From: a virus
Taxonomy: Duplodnaviria; Heunggongvirae; Uroviricota; Caudoviricetes
Virus record (IMG/VR): IMGVR_UViG_3300031758_000002
Direction: 5' to 3' (one strand)
DNA length: 64,000 nt
The notes under the pieces are model-generated. The model saw only the letters and a program-made list of their open reading frames with translations, was not told the origin of the DNA and did not search any database. Shown here piece after piece: positions 35,910 to 45,482 of the stretch (position 1 is the first letter of the stretch; every line of letters begins with the position of its first letter). The translations under genes and the position numbers were made by a program.

Positions 35910-36665
35910 TTAAATCATTTCTTCGGCAAGTTCCCAAAGTTTTGTGTTGATGTTGTTTACCGCCAAGATACTTTTAAGATCTCGTAGTTTTGACTTTCGT
36001 CCTGTTTTAGTTCGGTAGTCAAACCCTCCTCGTACAAACTTCTCTTGTACTACATTGAAGGTTGTCCACAAGTCGTTATTACTATCTTCCACACGATTTG
36101 GTGTAAGGATGTCAACAAGTTGGTTGTCAGTTGGGATTGATCCTTCAGCCCATCGGATTTTTGACGCTTTCTGAACATATTGAATTTGTTCGTCAATGGT
36201 AAGTTCTCGTTCCATCATTCGTCCAACAGATCCTTGGATTGTTGGTAGTTTCTTTGCAAAACCGTCCATCAATCGTTTCACATCGTCAAGTTCAAACCCA
36301 CTGTGTCTAACATTAAATTTGTCGGCAACTGATGTAGGTACTGTAAGTCCGTTAGAACATACCAATCGGTGAAGTCCAGCACTGACTGAGAATGTTGACA
36401 TACCATTGTGTGAGTTACGAACAATTGCTTCAACCAATGTGTCTCCAACTGAAGGAAGTTCTCCATTACGGAATCTAATTTGATGGGTTGCGTGAATTCC
36501 TTTACCTGTTTGTTTAACATCTGAAATTTCCCAACCTTCACGATCGAAAAATTCAATGACTTGATCGGTTGGTACAAAGACATACTTGTCAGACAACTTG
36601 CTTGATGCTGATGTTGCGAATACTGAAGGGGCTACGGATTTGATAAGTTCTGGTGTATAAATCAT
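35910..36665 (-). CDS. DUF932 (phage/plasmid-like TIGR03299 family) protein
   Basis: IVRNSHNGMSTFSVSAGLHRLVCSNGL matches the DUF932 core. GC content is clearly higher than the flanking DNA. Confidence 0.55.
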   Translation of the reverse strand: MIYTPELIKSVAPSVFATSASSKLSDKYVFVPTDQVIEFFDREGWEISDVKQTGKGIHATHQIRFRNGELPSVGDTLVEAIVRNSHNGMSTFSVSAGLHRLVCSNGLTVPTSVADKFNVRHSGFELDDVKRLMDGFAKKLPTIQGSVGRMMERELTIDEQIQYVQKASKIRWAEGSIPTDNQLVDILTPNRVEDSNNDLWTTFNVVQEKFVRGGFDYRTKTGRKSKLRDLKSILAVNNINTKLWELAEEMI

Positions 36666-36732
36666 AATGTTTTGGTTTTAATTACATCACAAAGATAGTA
36701 ATTAATTTGTAATTGCCAAATACGAAATGAAA

Positions 36733-37029
36733 TTAATTTAAAATAATATCCCCAAACTTTGTTTTTTGGATAAACCCTTCCACAACTTGTTTAGGATTTA
36801 ATTTATCCGATAGTTCAGGTATTTTAAGTTCCACCACAATATCAATAATTTGATTTTTTGTCAAAACAATATCTTCACCTTTCTTATAGTTCTCTTCACA
36901 CTTCTCTCTCAATTTATGATAGAACTCTTCTTTCTGAAGATTACCTATCAATTCAATTAAATCGTTTGGATTACTCTCAAAGAAATTAATTAATTGTGAT
37001 ACATAAATTTCAATATCAACATTACTCAT
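36733..37029 (-). CDS. hypothetical protein (98 aa)
   Basis: ORF. Confidence 0.3.
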   Translation of the reverse strand: MSNVDIEIYVSQLINFFESNPNDLIELIGNLQKEEFYHKLREKCEENYKKGEDIVLTKNQIIDIVVELKIPELSDKLNPKQVVEGFIQKTKFGDIILN

Positions 37030-37044
37030 ATATTCGGATTTAAA

Positions 37045-38889
37045 TTAGTCTCTTGAAATATAGTAAAAACCATCACCTTCTTCAACCATCATATTCTTTA
37101 ATCTTTCAGGTATTACAACACTTGGATTTGATCCCGATAACGCAATAAGATCCAAATACTCTAAATCCGCTAAAGACTCAGGTAGACTTTGAAGATTTTT
37201 ATTATTCTGTAATGTTAGGAATGTTAATCCTTCCATTCTTCCTAATTCTTCAGGTAGTGATTTTACACAATTCTCAAGTACCAATGCTATTATATTTGTA
37301 AACTTACCAATGCTTGCCGGTATATCCAAATCAAGAGAATCGTTTGATTTATTTGATATTGTTAAATATGTAATACTTTCAGGTAAATTTTCAAATAATT
37401 CATCAAAACCAAACAATGCAATATATTTTGATGACGCATCATTCGGGTATGTAATCTTAACAATGTTGTCACCTTCTGTTGCCAACTGTCCGGCATATTT
37501 AACCTTAAGTTCTTCCTTAAGATTTTTCATTCCCGGCATATTAATCAAAGCAATATCCGCGGTGGTAAGATTATTTAAAGTTTTGGTTCTCAACGAATCA
37601 ATCTTTCTTGCCAAATAATATTTAACAACATCAGGTTCTGAACTTGTAATCATATCACCTGTTAAATCCATACCCAAAGAAATATATTTCTTTTTAAGTT
37701 CTGAAGGTAAATTAATATAAACTCTTGGTTTGTTTGTTAGGTTTGGACTTGCAATTTCTAACCAAAACTCAGCATCTTCAACCGAACCAAGTTCTTTAAC
37801 TGCATCGTCTTGAACATTAATATGTTTGTATTTTCTTAATAATCCTTTTTCTCTATCAGTAAGTGGATCTGGAGTAAATAAGTATTCTTTGTCTTTTAAC
37901 TTCGGAACTTTAGATGAGATTGTATCCCAAGTCTCTGTTCTGTGTCCTGAATATCCACCAGCCATGTTTTTACCATCGGCAATTCTTTTTCTTCCATACT
38001 CATCAACCAAGATAACAACCGCGAAGTTCAAATCATCAAATGGGGTATCTCTGTCAATAACATAGTAAAGTGTTAAGTTATTTTCCAAACGATAGTTGTA
38101 ATATAAGTTACCACCACCAATTCTTGATGTACACCAAGGTCTTCCATGTGCTAATCTAATACATTGTTCTTTACCGTTTGGTTTGAAGATATACAAATTA
38201 TCTTTATCGTAGATTGTTTCAATATCTTTAAAGTCGTCACCTTTTTTCTTTGGTGTATCATCTCCGTCAGGTAAATGATCCAATGCCGCCTCCAACTCAT
38301 CAAATGACATTAACATAATCGGTGGCGTATTTGCTTCCAATCTATCATACAAATCAACATATCTTTCAATGTAAGAAAGTATTTGCTCGTTTGTTAAATC
38401 GTTTCTTTCTTTCTTATATTTTTCAAATGCCGCCTTGGTAATAATTCCACCAAATTTATTTTGTATCAATTCAACCAACTTCAAATAAGGGTATCTCATA
38501 ATATCCCTATTAGGTTCAGGTAGATAATTTCTTATCTCTAAGAATTTCTTAATCATAGACTTAACTTGTCTTTGATCAGAACCTTTACCAGGACCCTTCA
38601 TATAGGTTTTAAATATATCACCTTCTTCCTTCTTAACTCTTTTTGATAAAATCACAGACTTAAGTTGATCATATGTATATTTTGTAATGTCTCGTTTGTC
38701 GGCAGGTAATCCGTTTTTATATTTATCAAAATCACCAATATAACTTTTAATATCATCCTCAGAATCTTTAGTTTCGTTACTAAATTTAAGGACAAGTTGA
38801 TTCATTAATTTATTTGATATTTCTGTTAATCTAAATTTAGGATCAACATTTTCTACGATTACCGATGATAAAATTTTTACTAATTTCAT
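37045..38889 (-). CDS. large protein with a central FKP-WCTS-YY domain (paralog of 9200..10174) and C-terminal leucine-rich repeats
   Basis: LRR-like LxxLxLxxN repeats (LTYLTISNK, LTFLTLQNNKNLQSLPESLADLEYLDL). Shared core NLYIFKP...RPWCTS...YY.Y...YYVID. Confidence 0.45.
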   Translation of the reverse strand: MKLVKILSSVIVENVDPKFRLTEISNKLMNQLVLKFSNETKDSEDDIKSYIGDFDKYKNGLPADKRDITKYTYDQLKSVILSKRVKKEEGDIFKTYMKGPGKGSDQRQVKSMIKKFLEIRNYLPEPNRDIMRYPYLKLVELIQNKFGGIITKAAFEKYKKERNDLTNEQILSYIERYVDLYDRLEANTPPIMLMSFDELEAALDHLPDGDDTPKKKGDDFKDIETIYDKDNLYIFKPNGKEQCIRLAHGRPWCTSRIGGGNLYYNYRLENNLTLYYVIDRDTPFDDLNFAVVILVDEYGRKRIADGKNMAGGYSGHRTETWDTISSKVPKLKDKEYLFTPDPLTDREKGLLRKYKHINVQDDAVKELGSVEDAEFWLEIASPNLTNKPRVYINLPSELKKKYISLGMDLTGDMITSSEPDVVKYYLARKIDSLRTKTLNNLTTADIALINMPGMKNLKEELKVKYAGQLATEGDNIVKITYPNDASSKYIALFGFDELFENLPESITYLTISNKSNDSLDLDIPASIGKFTNIIALVLENCVKSLPEELGRMEGLTFLTLQNNKNLQSLPESLADLEYLDLIALSGSNPSVVIPERLKNMMVEEGDGFYYISRD

Positions 38890-38938
38890 TTGATGTTTTT
38901 ACTATAAATATTACGATAAATAAAAATGAATAAATTAA

Positions 38939-39778
38939 TTAATAATTCAGTATAAGTAATTCTTCACCCATATTTTGTTTGGTACCTTTTTTGGCTGCCG
39001 CCGCCTTAGCGAATTCTTTTTTCTCCCAACTATATTGTTCTTTAGGGAACCATTCCGATAACAACGGGAAGTCATAATACGACAAACTAAATTTACCTTC
39101 CATTCCTTTTAATATATTTGCAAGTCTTTCATGATCTTCTCTGTCAAAATCGTGATTTGAATAGTAATTTTCAGTTTTCCAATATGGTGGATCAACATAA
39201 AAATATGTTGTTGGTGAATCATACTTTTTAATGACATCCTCAAAATCCATATTTTCAACATCCGTAATTTTCAAGAAATGTTCTACCCAATCAGGTTTAG
39301 ATAATTTATCTCTAAATGTAAGATACTTTGATTTGTATTTACCTTTCAAGTCAATGAATGAACTTGTCTCAGGTTTAGAACCACTAAAAACCTGTGTAAG
39401 GACATAAGCGTATTTAGCAGCAACTTCATAATTACCAGGTTCTACACTGAAACCTTCACTAAAAATTTCAGCCTGAAACCTGATAAACTGTTCTTTATAA
39501 ATTGGTGGAGTTACTTCTACACCAAATTTCTGACAATCAATTGCGTTAATTGCATTCAATAATTCAGTTGGGTTCTGAATACATTTAAACAGATTGTAAT
39601 TAAGTGGATTAAAGTCGTTATAAACAACTTTCTTTAGGTTTGGGAACTGTTTTAAGTCCATGTTGAAGAAACACCAAAACATCCCTCCGAATGTTTCAAC
39701 ATATGTTTCCATATTATTATCATAGAAAGGGACTATCCACTTTCCAATTTTACTCTTACCTCCGATATAACTTAACAT
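38939..39778 (-). CDS. Dam-like DNA N6-adenine methyltransferase (D12 class)
   Basis: N-terminal SYIGGKSK (Y.GGK) and late YVDPPYW (DPPY). Confidence 0.75.
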   Translation of the reverse strand: MLSYIGGKSKIGKWIVPFYDNNMETYVETFGGMFWCFFNMDLKQFPNLKKVVYNDFNPLNYNLFKCIQNPTELLNAINAIDCQKFGVEVTPPIYKEQFIRFQAEIFSEGFSVEPGNYEVAAKYAYVLTQVFSGSKPETSSFIDLKGKYKSKYLTFRDKLSKPDWVEHFLKITDVENMDFEDVIKKYDSPTTYFYVDPPYWKTENYYSNHDFDREDHERLANILKGMEGKFSLSYYDFPLLSEWFPKEQYSWEKKEFAKAAAAKKGTKQNMGEELLILNY

Positions 39779-39812
39779 AGGTAAAGTATAAGATATTTAT
39801 GATAATCAGTCA

Positions 39813-40001
39813 ATGAATATTTTTTTTAAAAAAGATTACAAAAGTTTTGGCAGAACCAAAAACTTCACTATCTTTGTATTGTTGATGTGGTTGAGTAATC
39901 AATATTATCAACAGGTTGTCAGAATCCTATTAAACAAACTGACCGCTAATGACTGGGTGAATCGGTCTGGGTTGATTACCTCAATTTTAGGAATGAAATA
40001 A
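39813..40001 (+). CDS. hypothetical protein (62 aa)
   Basis: ORF followed by terminator hairpin 40007-40030. Confidence 0.3.
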   Translation: MNIFFKKDYKSFGRTKNFTIFVLLMWLSNQYYQQVVRILLNKLTANDWVNRSGLITSILGMK

Positions 40002-40023
40002 TTGTAACCCCATCTCTAAAAAG

Positions 40024-40536
40024 GTGGGGTTTCTTGTATTTATATTATATATGAATTTATTACCATTACTTAAGAGTATAATTGTTGAGAGTGTTCCTAT
40101 TAAAAATGTTACCATTAATGGTCAACCATTGAGTATCGTTCAAACTTATGAATCTTTCCGAGCTATTACCGGTAGTGGTGAATTTATTAGAGTCCCAACG
40201 GATGAAATCATGGACTCAATGTCGGACATATACGATGTTTTAATTAATCAATCATTTATTTTATTTAATACCTGTAAACATAAATGTGCATTATTGATTC
40301 GTGATTACCGTTTAGGTTTTGATTATCAATTATTTACTCATTACAACATAAAAAATAATAATCTTAAAATAACAATAAATACCTCAATCCGTCACCCAAA
40401 AAAATTATTCAATAATGTTAACACTAGAGAGATTATAATAACAAGAAATGATGATATTGTGATAAGAGAATCAATTATTAACCAATCATTCACTTATAAA
40501 ATAATTGGTGATATAATTATTTATTATCAAAAATAA
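40024..40536 (+). CDS. hypothetical protein (170 aa)
   Basis: ORF. Confidence 0.35.
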   Translation: MGFLVFILYMNLLPLLKSIIVESVPIKNVTINGQPLSIVQTYESFRAITGSGEFIRVPTDEIMDSMSDIYDVLINQSFILFNTCKHKCALLIRDYRLGFDYQLFTHYNIKNNNLKITINTSIRHPKKLFNNVNTREIIITRNDDIVIRESIINQSFTYKIIGDIIIYYQK

Positions 40537-40540
40537 CATT

Positions 40541-40717
40541 ATGAAACAAGAAGTAGAACAATCAAAAAAAGAAGCAACACAAGTTACAGGATGTAGTCAA
40601 TGTAAAAAAGGTATGAGTAAAACACAATGGGGATTATTAATATTCTCATTATATATGTTTGGTGCCGGAATTTACGGTACCATCCAAATAATTAAAGATG
40701 TAATTTCTTTATTTTAA
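40541..40717 (+). CDS. small membrane protein (58 aa)
   Basis: Not in the track. MKQEVEQSKKEATQVTGCSQCKKGMSKTQWGLLIFSLYMFGAGIYGTIQIIKDVISLF has one TM helix. Confidence 0.3.
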   Translation: MKQEVEQSKKEATQVTGCSQCKKGMSKTQWGLLIFSLYMFGAGIYGTIQIIKDVISLF

Positions 40718-41643
40718 TCCCTTTCAAATCGGACATGCTGGTTAACCAACAAGTCACCTATCACTTCACCTTTAAACCCTTTTGATTTAACTCTTAAGGG
40801 TTTTGTTGTATCAAATGTCTTTGGGAATCTTAACCTTACCGTACCGTCAGGATGAGGTATTTCAAAATCACTCTTCTTCAAATCATCCAATGTGAAATAA
40901 GCATTATAAATTAAGTGAGGTCCGTACTTTTCAAAATTATTATCAGAAACCAATTTAACTCTAACAACTAAGTTACCATAAACACCGTTTCTAAAATCCC
41001 CAACACCTTGTAATCGGATGAATTGTCCATCATCAATACCATTAGGTAATTTAACTTCAACAGTTTTCATCTCATCTTTAGTCCCACTACCATTACAAAT
41101 ATGACAAGGATTTGTAATAACTCGTCCATGTCCTGAACAAGTGTTACAAGCAACTTGTACCATTTGTATAAACATACCAGACCCCATCTGTCTCACTACA
41201 GAACCTTGTCCATTACATTCGGGACAAATTTTCTTCTCACCCCCACTACCATTACATGGATCACATTTTAATTTCCTACGATATGTGATTTCTTTATTCG
41301 CACCCAAATATGATTCAGTAACTTTTAATTCAGTATCAATAACTAAATCATGTACCACATTTTTTTGTCTACGATTACCAAATGCCTGATTAAACATCTG
41401 TTGGAATATATCGTCACCTCCTCCCATTCCTGCAAATGGGTTCTTTCTTCTCATATCATACTCTTGTCGTTTGTTATCGTCACCAATAGTATCATATGCT
41501 TCAGCAATTTGCTTAAACTTTTCCTCATCACCACCAGCATCAGGGTGATTTTCTTTTGCCAGTTTACGATATACTTTTTTTATCTCATCTTGGGTTGCAG
41601 TTTCAGGAACACCTAATATGTCGTAATAATTCGGAATATTCAT
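40714..41643 (-). CDS. dnaJ: DnaJ (Hsp40) co-chaperone, type I (J domain plus CxxCxGxG zinc-finger repeats)
   Basis: J domain NYYDILGV...AKENHPD (HPD tripeptide). Four CxxCxGxG repeats (CDPCNGSG, CPECNGQG, CNTCSGHG, CHICNGSG). C-terminal substrate-binding domain. Confidence 0.85.
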   Translation of the reverse strand: MNIPNYYDILGVPETATQDEIKKVYRKLAKENHPDAGGDEEKFKQIAEAYDTIGDDNKRQEYDMRRKNPFAGMGGGDDIFQQMFNQAFGNRRQKNVVHDLVIDTELKVTESYLGANKEITYRRKLKCDPCNGSGGEKKICPECNGQGSVVRQMGSGMFIQMVQVACNTCSGHGRVITNPCHICNGSGTKDEMKTVEVKLPNGIDDGQFIRLQGVGDFRNGVYGNLVVRVKLVSDNNFEKYGPHLIYNAYFTLDDLKKSDFEIPHPDGTVRLRFPKTFDTTKPLRVKSKGFKGEVIGDLLVNQHVRFERD

Positions 41644-41687
41644 TTATATAGTATTTTAATTATATTTAATTACAAAGATATGAAAAA

Positions 41688-42326
41688 ATGGACAATTTCA
41701 CAATTGTATTATTCAAAAATAAGGTAAAAAAGAAAATTATAAAGAAGTTTAAAACTAAAGTTAATGCTACAAAATATTATAAAAACTTAATAGAAGAAAA
41801 TAAAAATGTATTTTTTGGTGTTGAGACTGAGAATGGTAAAAAATGCGTCTACGAACTTGCATTAGTTTCAAAGATGGATGAGTCATCACCATATTTTGTT
41901 AGAGATGATTTTGGTAGAACAATAAAAATTGAACTTGAAGATCCAAACTATACTATAGTTGAAATTACTCCATATAGAAAAGAGGAACAACTATACGATA
42001 TTAAAAATAAAACTAAGATAGGTGTTGATAAGTTTATGAGGAAACATCTACCTAAAATTGGGGTTAAACTTTTATCGAAAATTAATAACAAAATTGTTAT
42101 CCAACATGACAGTGATATAAATCTATTTTCATTAAAGAGTGAAGATGATTGTGATAGATTTGTTGATGGTGTGTCTAATTATATGATTAATAAAGGTAGA
42201 ATTGATACTATTATTGTTAAAGATTCATCACCACAACAAAAGAAATACCTTTATGATTTATTATCCAGTAATGGTATTCCTAAATCGGTTTTATATAGAC
42301 GATTTACGACTTATAAAAGGGAATAG
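41688..42326 (+). CDS. hypothetical basic protein (212 aa)
   Basis: ORF, divergent from dnaJ. Confidence 0.4.
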   Translation: MDNFTIVLFKNKVKKKIIKKFKTKVNATKYYKNLIEENKNVFFGVETENGKKCVYELALVSKMDESSPYFVRDDFGRTIKIELEDPNYTIVEITPYRKEEQLYDIKNKTKIGVDKFMRKHLPKIGVKLLSKINNKIVIQHDSDINLFSLKSEDDCDRFVDGVSNYMINKGRIDTIIVKDSSPQQKKYLYDLLSSNGIPKSVLYRRFTTYKRE

Positions 42327-42605
42327 TCTCCCAATAAAACTCCTTTTTACAGGTGCTACATTTATTTTTGAGTCGTCGTATTGACCCTCCAAAATAAAAA
42401 CAACCTCAACTCCTGATATATCAATTTTAAATTTTTTATGTCCTTGATCGAGTTGTCTAAAATTTCCTAATACTTCTTTGAAGTCTCCCTCATTCAATTC
42501 AAAAACTATTACGGATTTACCTTTTGGGAACATTGATTGAGTGGCATCAGTTATTAATGCTAATTTTTCCATTATCCCATTAACATTTTTTTCAGTTTCT
42601 GCCAT
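42291..42605 (-). CDS. hypothetical protein (104 aa)
   Basis: ORF. Confidence 0.3.
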   Translation of the reverse strand: MAETEKNVNGIMEKLALITDATQSMFPKGKSVIVFELNEGDFKEVLGNFRQLDQGHKKFKIDISGVEVVFILEGQYDDSKINVAPVKRSFIGRLFPFISRKSSI

Positions 42606-42716
42606 ATTGTTAGTTTAACTTTATTCGTATTTTTTTGAACTATGTCTTCTTTTTTAAAATTTTTAATCTCATTTAGAAATTTTATTTTTTCAAGTTCAAG
42701 TTCTTTCTTATCTTTA

Positions 42717-43163
42717 TTAATCTCGTTCTTCAACCAATCCTGCATCCCTTCCAGTTGGCTCAGTGGTTTCTTCGTCATCTTCTAATTCAATTTTAGGATC
42801 ATTTATGTCAAATTTCAAAGCTTGTAGACTATTTAAATTTTGTTTTTCAAAAATCGCTTTCAACTCATTTACCTTGTGTTGGAATAACCTGTCTTTTTCT
42901 TCTCTTTCTTTATTGTAAGAGATGACATTTTTAATACTATCAATTAATTGGTTTGTTGAGGTTTCATTAAACTCAGCAACAAATGAGAAGAACCTATAAC
43001 CTGTTGTTGTTTTTTCATTCTCCATTACAGATTTCTCATTAACATATTTTTTAGGTAACTTCCATGTTTCAGGAAATTCAATGTCAAAAGATAAATAATT
43101 TTTAATTTTCCTAACTGATTGTAAGTAAGGAAATAGTATACTGAATTCTTCAAATAATCCCAT
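42717..43163 (-). CDS. hypothetical protein (148 aa)
   Basis: ORF. Confidence 0.35.
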   Translation of the reverse strand: MGLFEEFSILFPYLQSVRKIKNYLSFDIEFPETWKLPKKYVNEKSVMENEKTTTGYRFFSFVAEFNETSTNQLIDSIKNVISYNKEREEKDRLFQHKVNELKAIFEKQNLNSLQALKFDINDPKIELEDDEETTEPTGRDAGLVEERD

Positions 43164-43354
43164 TAATTTGATTGTATTAAATATGTTATGATGTAAGATA
43201 TGAATAAACCTAAATAAATAGTTTCCCTACTACTCATCACAAATTTTTTCGGTTCAGATTGTAGTAGGGAAACAGTAAATCTAAAAACAATTCTAAATAC
43301 TGCAATTAGTGAGAACACAAATACAAAAAGATATATAGTATTTATGTTAGTCAT
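43163..43354 (-). CDS. small membrane protein (63 aa)
   Basis: Two hydrophobic helices. Confidence 0.3.
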   Translation of the reverse strand: MTNINTIYLFVFVFSLIAVFRIVFRFTVSLLQSEPKKFVMSSRETIYLGLFISYIITYLIQSN

Positions 43355-43355
43355 A

Positions 43356-43529
43356 TTACGCAGCTTTTTTAGATTCTAGAATTTCACCTCTTAATTGTTG
43401 TAATAAAGATTTTAATTCTTGGGAAGTCTTTCTTGCTCTAGTTCCCGCACTTTTATTACCACTGTTGAACTTCGTTACATCAACACTAAGTTCCTCTGTA
43501 AGTGCTTTAATTTTTTCTAATGTTTCCAT
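43356..43529 (-). CDS. histone H1-like (Hc1-type) DNA-binding protein, 57 aa
   Basis: Not in the track. METLEKIKALTEELSVDVTKFNSGNKSAGTRARKTSQELKSLLQQLRGEILESKKAA. The GNK(A/S)AGTR(A/V)RK core is characteristic of Bacteroidota/Chlamydia Hc1 proteins. Confidence 0.55.
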   Translation of the reverse strand: METLEKIKALTEELSVDVTKFNSGNKSAGTRARKTSQELKSLLQQLRGEILESKKAA

Positions 43530-43595
43530 TTTGTTAATTAAAAAAAGTTTATTTATATTATCATAAATCTAAATTAGTTAACTCTAATGTCAATA

Positions 43596-44066
43596 TTATA
43601 CTGACATATTTTTATCTAATGATTTATATATACTTGATATCATATCCAAATCAGATTTTGTAAAAGGTTTTTTCCTGTCGAATAAGTCGTTAAAGAATGT
43701 TCCTATTGAACTTTTTATTTTGTTCTCCTTTTGATTATAGAATATGTCAGTGAAGAATGATAAGAAATACTCATAATGATCCCCTTTTTTATTAAAAGTA
43801 ATTTCTTCTTTTTGAAAGTTCTCAATTGTTTTATTCCAACACCATTCAAAATGTTTTAAATTATCTTCATCAGATAATACTATTTTGGTTTCACTATTTT
43901 TGTCGTCACCCAAATATGTGTCTAAAATCAAATAGTATAATGAAAAACTAAAGTCATAATATAAATCCATTTTTTCAGGTATTATATTATTAACTCTAAA
44001 CCATATGTCCACATCATCGGGATCCATTGGTTTTGCTATATAATTAAAAAAATTCTCCATAGACAA
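43596..44066 (-). CDS. hypothetical protein (156 aa)
   Basis: ORF. Confidence 0.35.
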   Translation of the reverse strand: MSMENFFNYIAKPMDPDDVDIWFRVNNIIPEKMDLYYDFSFSLYYLILDTYLGDDKNSETKIVLSDEDNLKHFEWCWNKTIENFQKEEITFNKKGDHYEYFLSFFTDIFYNQKENKIKSSIGTFFNDLFDRKKPFTKSDLDMISSIYKSLDKNMSV

Positions 44067-44107
44067 GTATCTATGGAGAATAATAACAAAGATATTTTTT
44101 ATGTAAA

Positions 44108-45457
44108 TTATTGTGTCTTATCTTGATAACCAATCAACGACTTCATTCTATCGAACTCCTCATTAAGTTTTTCAATTTTTTTGTTTTCAACTGATTCAAG
44201 TTTCATCATAACTTTACTTGCTTTATCTGTTTCATTACCTGTTTTATCTGAAACTACTGGTTGTACAGATTTATTATATGCCTTTCTTTTTAGTTTACCA
44301 AGTAAATTATCTTTTCTTATTTTGTTTCTTTTCTTGTTTGTTGGTGTTTCAACCGCATTTGCCCATTCAGGGTTATTACCCGTTCTAGATGAACCTTCAA
44401 TGTTATCTGTCATCCAATCCTCATTTGGAGCTATCCCATCATTGAAGTCTAAGTTTTCTAATGCTGCGGCGGTAAAGTTATCTACATAATCCTGTACAGC
44501 ATTTGATGGTACATAAGCCATTTTTTCCATTTTTTCAATTTCACCATTACCCATAGGAAAATGTTTAGGATTCATTTCATACTTACCTTTAGATCCGTCT
44601 TTAAGATAATCTTTCATTTTCTTCTCAAAACTTTTCATATAGTCATCTTCTTCTTTTCCCGAACCTTTATGTGACTTTTCATATGCCATATACCCTGCAG
44701 GTGTTTTACCTGTTTTAATCGTATTTTTTGTTTTACTTTCTTCTTTAATAATACCCTCAATAATATCTATTATTTCATCTTCAGTAAACAATGCGGTTTC
44801 ATTAATGTATTCTAATTTATATAAAACACCATTATCATTTTGTCTTTTACTTTCTTTAACAGTATATTTTTTACCATCAACAGAAAAATGAGATTTACCT
44901 TCTTTTTTAGCATTGGCAAGAGCTCCTGAAAATGCGTTGCCTTCTTCCATTTCCGTATTTTTTCCTTTTTTTCTAAGTAATCTAAAATCTTCCGAATCTA
45001 TTCTTCCATTTTTGTTTTTATCCAAACGAGATTGTTTACCATGAAGTCTTTCATCGATTTCACCTCTATTATCATTATATTCTTTTTGATCATAATATGA
45101 TTGACATCTTTCAGGATCCATATCGTAATATTGAGCACAGTATTCTTCCATATCAAATCCTGGCATAGTCCATTCAGAATCTTGTCTTGATAATTCCTTT
45201 TTTTCGTTAGGGAATTTACCTCCTTTGGATGTAACATACCTACTTTCTTTCATCTCTTCATTCATGTATCCACATTCCATACATTCACCTTCTTTCATTT
45301 CACCTCCACATTCACAAGTTTCTCCTTCTTGGACATAGTCAAACGATTTCCCTGGAGGATTAAATTTTAATTTTTCCATTATCTCATCAGCCTTTCCTTC
45401 TAAAGTTTCGGTTAGAACTTTTCTAAATAAATTATCGTAATAAGTGTTACTTTTCAT
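44108..45457 (-). CDS. K/E-rich hypothetical protein with N-terminal Cys cluster (449 aa)
   Basis: CECGGEMKEGECMECG, and one EF-hand-like loop DKNKNGRIDSED. Confidence 0.4.
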   Translation of the reverse strand: MKSNTYYDNLFRKVLTETLEGKADEIMEKLKFNPPGKSFDYVQEGETCECGGEMKEGECMECGYMNEEMKESRYVTSKGGKFPNEKKELSRQDSEWTMPGFDMEEYCAQYYDMDPERCQSYYDQKEYNDNRGEIDERLHGKQSRLDKNKNGRIDSEDFRLLRKKGKNTEMEEGNAFSGALANAKKEGKSHFSVDGKKYTVKESKRQNDNGVLYKLEYINETALFTEDEIIDIIEGIIKEESKTKNTIKTGKTPAGYMAYEKSHKGSGKEEDDYMKSFEKKMKDYLKDGSKGKYEMNPKHFPMGNGEIEKMEKMAYVPSNAVQDYVDNFTAAALENLDFNDGIAPNEDWMTDNIEGSSRTGNNPEWANAVETPTNKKRNKIRKDNLLGKLKRKAYNKSVQPVVSDKTGNETDKASKVMMKLESVENKKIEKLNEEFDRMKSLIGYQDKTQ

Positions 45458-45482
45458 AATTGTGTTTTTATAATAAATATCG

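Noticed and set aside
44108-45457. EF-hand calcium-binding protein
   Set aside because: There is only a single loop-like DKNKNGRIDSED, with Asp rather than Glu at position 12 and no paired helix-loop-helix. Noted in the evidence but not called.
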